DNA of 7,200 nucleotides from a virus (Duplodnaviria; Heunggongvirae; Uroviricota; Caudoviricetes): IMG/VR virus record IMGVR_UViG_2541047502_000014; one strand, 5' to 3'. Shown piece by piece: positions 6,707 to 7,200 of this stretch (position 1 is its first letter; each line of letters starts with the position of its first letter). The notes under the pieces were generated by a model. It saw only the letters and a program-made list of their open reading frames with translations, ran no database searches and was not told where the DNA came from. The position numbers and the translations under genes were made by a program.

Positions 6707-7200
6707 TTCCTGGTTCAGGATGCAGGCTGGTCACCAGAGTGACGCGGATATTTATATTTATGACGAGATTGGTTTCTGGGGTGTTACAGCGAAGCAGTTT
6801 ATCAGTGATCTGAATGCACTGGGCGATATCACCCACATTAATCTCAATATCAATTCACCGGGTGGCGATGTCTTTGAAGGCATCGCCATTTTTAATGCAC
6901 TGAAAACACATGGTGCGTCCATTACCGTTTATGTCGACGGTGTGGCGGCGTCAATGGCGTCGGTCATTGCGATGGTGGGAAAACCGGTCATTATGCCGGA
7001 AAACTCCTTCATGATGATTCATAAACCATTTGGCTTTACGGGCGGTGATGCGGAGGACATGCGCACCTATGCCGACCTGCTCGATAAAGTTGAGGCGGTT
7101 CTGTTACCCGTTTATGCACAGAAAACCGGGAAAACCACCGATGAAATTGCTGCCATGCTGGCGGATGAGACCTGGATGTCCGGTGCCGAATGTCTGGCAC
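6651..7200 (+). CDS. Prohead (head maturation) serine protease, ClpP-like (lambda gpC-like), 3' partial; alternative start ATG 6720
   Basis: ClpP-family motifs are present: INSPGG, a catalytic serine context GVAASMASVI, and MIHKP. A strong AAGGAGG Shine-Dalgarno (6639-6645) lies 5 nt before GTG 6651 in the same frame, and ATG 6720 is the alternative start. The ORF runs off the window end. Confidence 0.8.
   Translation, partial: MPQRNDRSRSTPTTSPKNNSWFRMQAGHQSDADIYIYDEIGFWGVTAKQFISDLNALGDITHINLNINSPGGDVFEGIAIFNALKTHGASITVYVDGVAASMASVIAMVGKPVIMPENSFMMIHKPFGFTGGDAEDMRTYADLLDKVEAVLLPVYAQKTGKTTDEIAAMLADETWMSGAECLA

Noticed and set aside
1..7200. tRNA genes, rRNA or CRISPR arrays
   Set aside because: No cloverleaf-type conserved tRNA motifs (such as GGTTCGAATCC-type T-arm sequences), no rRNA-like segments, and no regularly spaced direct repeats with spacers were seen on either strand. 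Repeats found were only short (8-14 bp).

Overview
This window is the lysis-to-head-morphogenesis segment of a lambda-like prophage in an enterobacterial (E. coli/Shigella-type) genome, and it looks decayed rather than novel. All prophage genes are on the + strand, in this order: end of an IS629-like IS3-family element (minus strand, 1-351), a 3' tail of endolysin R cut off by the IS, Rz with embedded Rz1, two tandem intrinsic terminators, a KilA-N-domain gene coupled to an 85-aa gene (moron-like), about 600 bp of non-coding DNA with a lambda-like cos site, then terS (Nu1-like), terL (gpA-like), a gpW-like gene, a portal gene (gpB-like) and a ClpP-like prohead protease that runs off the window. 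Four independent lesions are visible: the IS insertion in the endolysin, a 1-nt frameshift in terS, an in-frame TGA in terL, and a frameshift in the portal gene. The only candidate for an undescribed function is the KilA-N/85-aa pair, and that is weakly supported. No rRNA, tRNA or CRISPR array was seen. All homology statements rest on motifs read from the translations and on recalled lambda protein sequences; no database search was possible.
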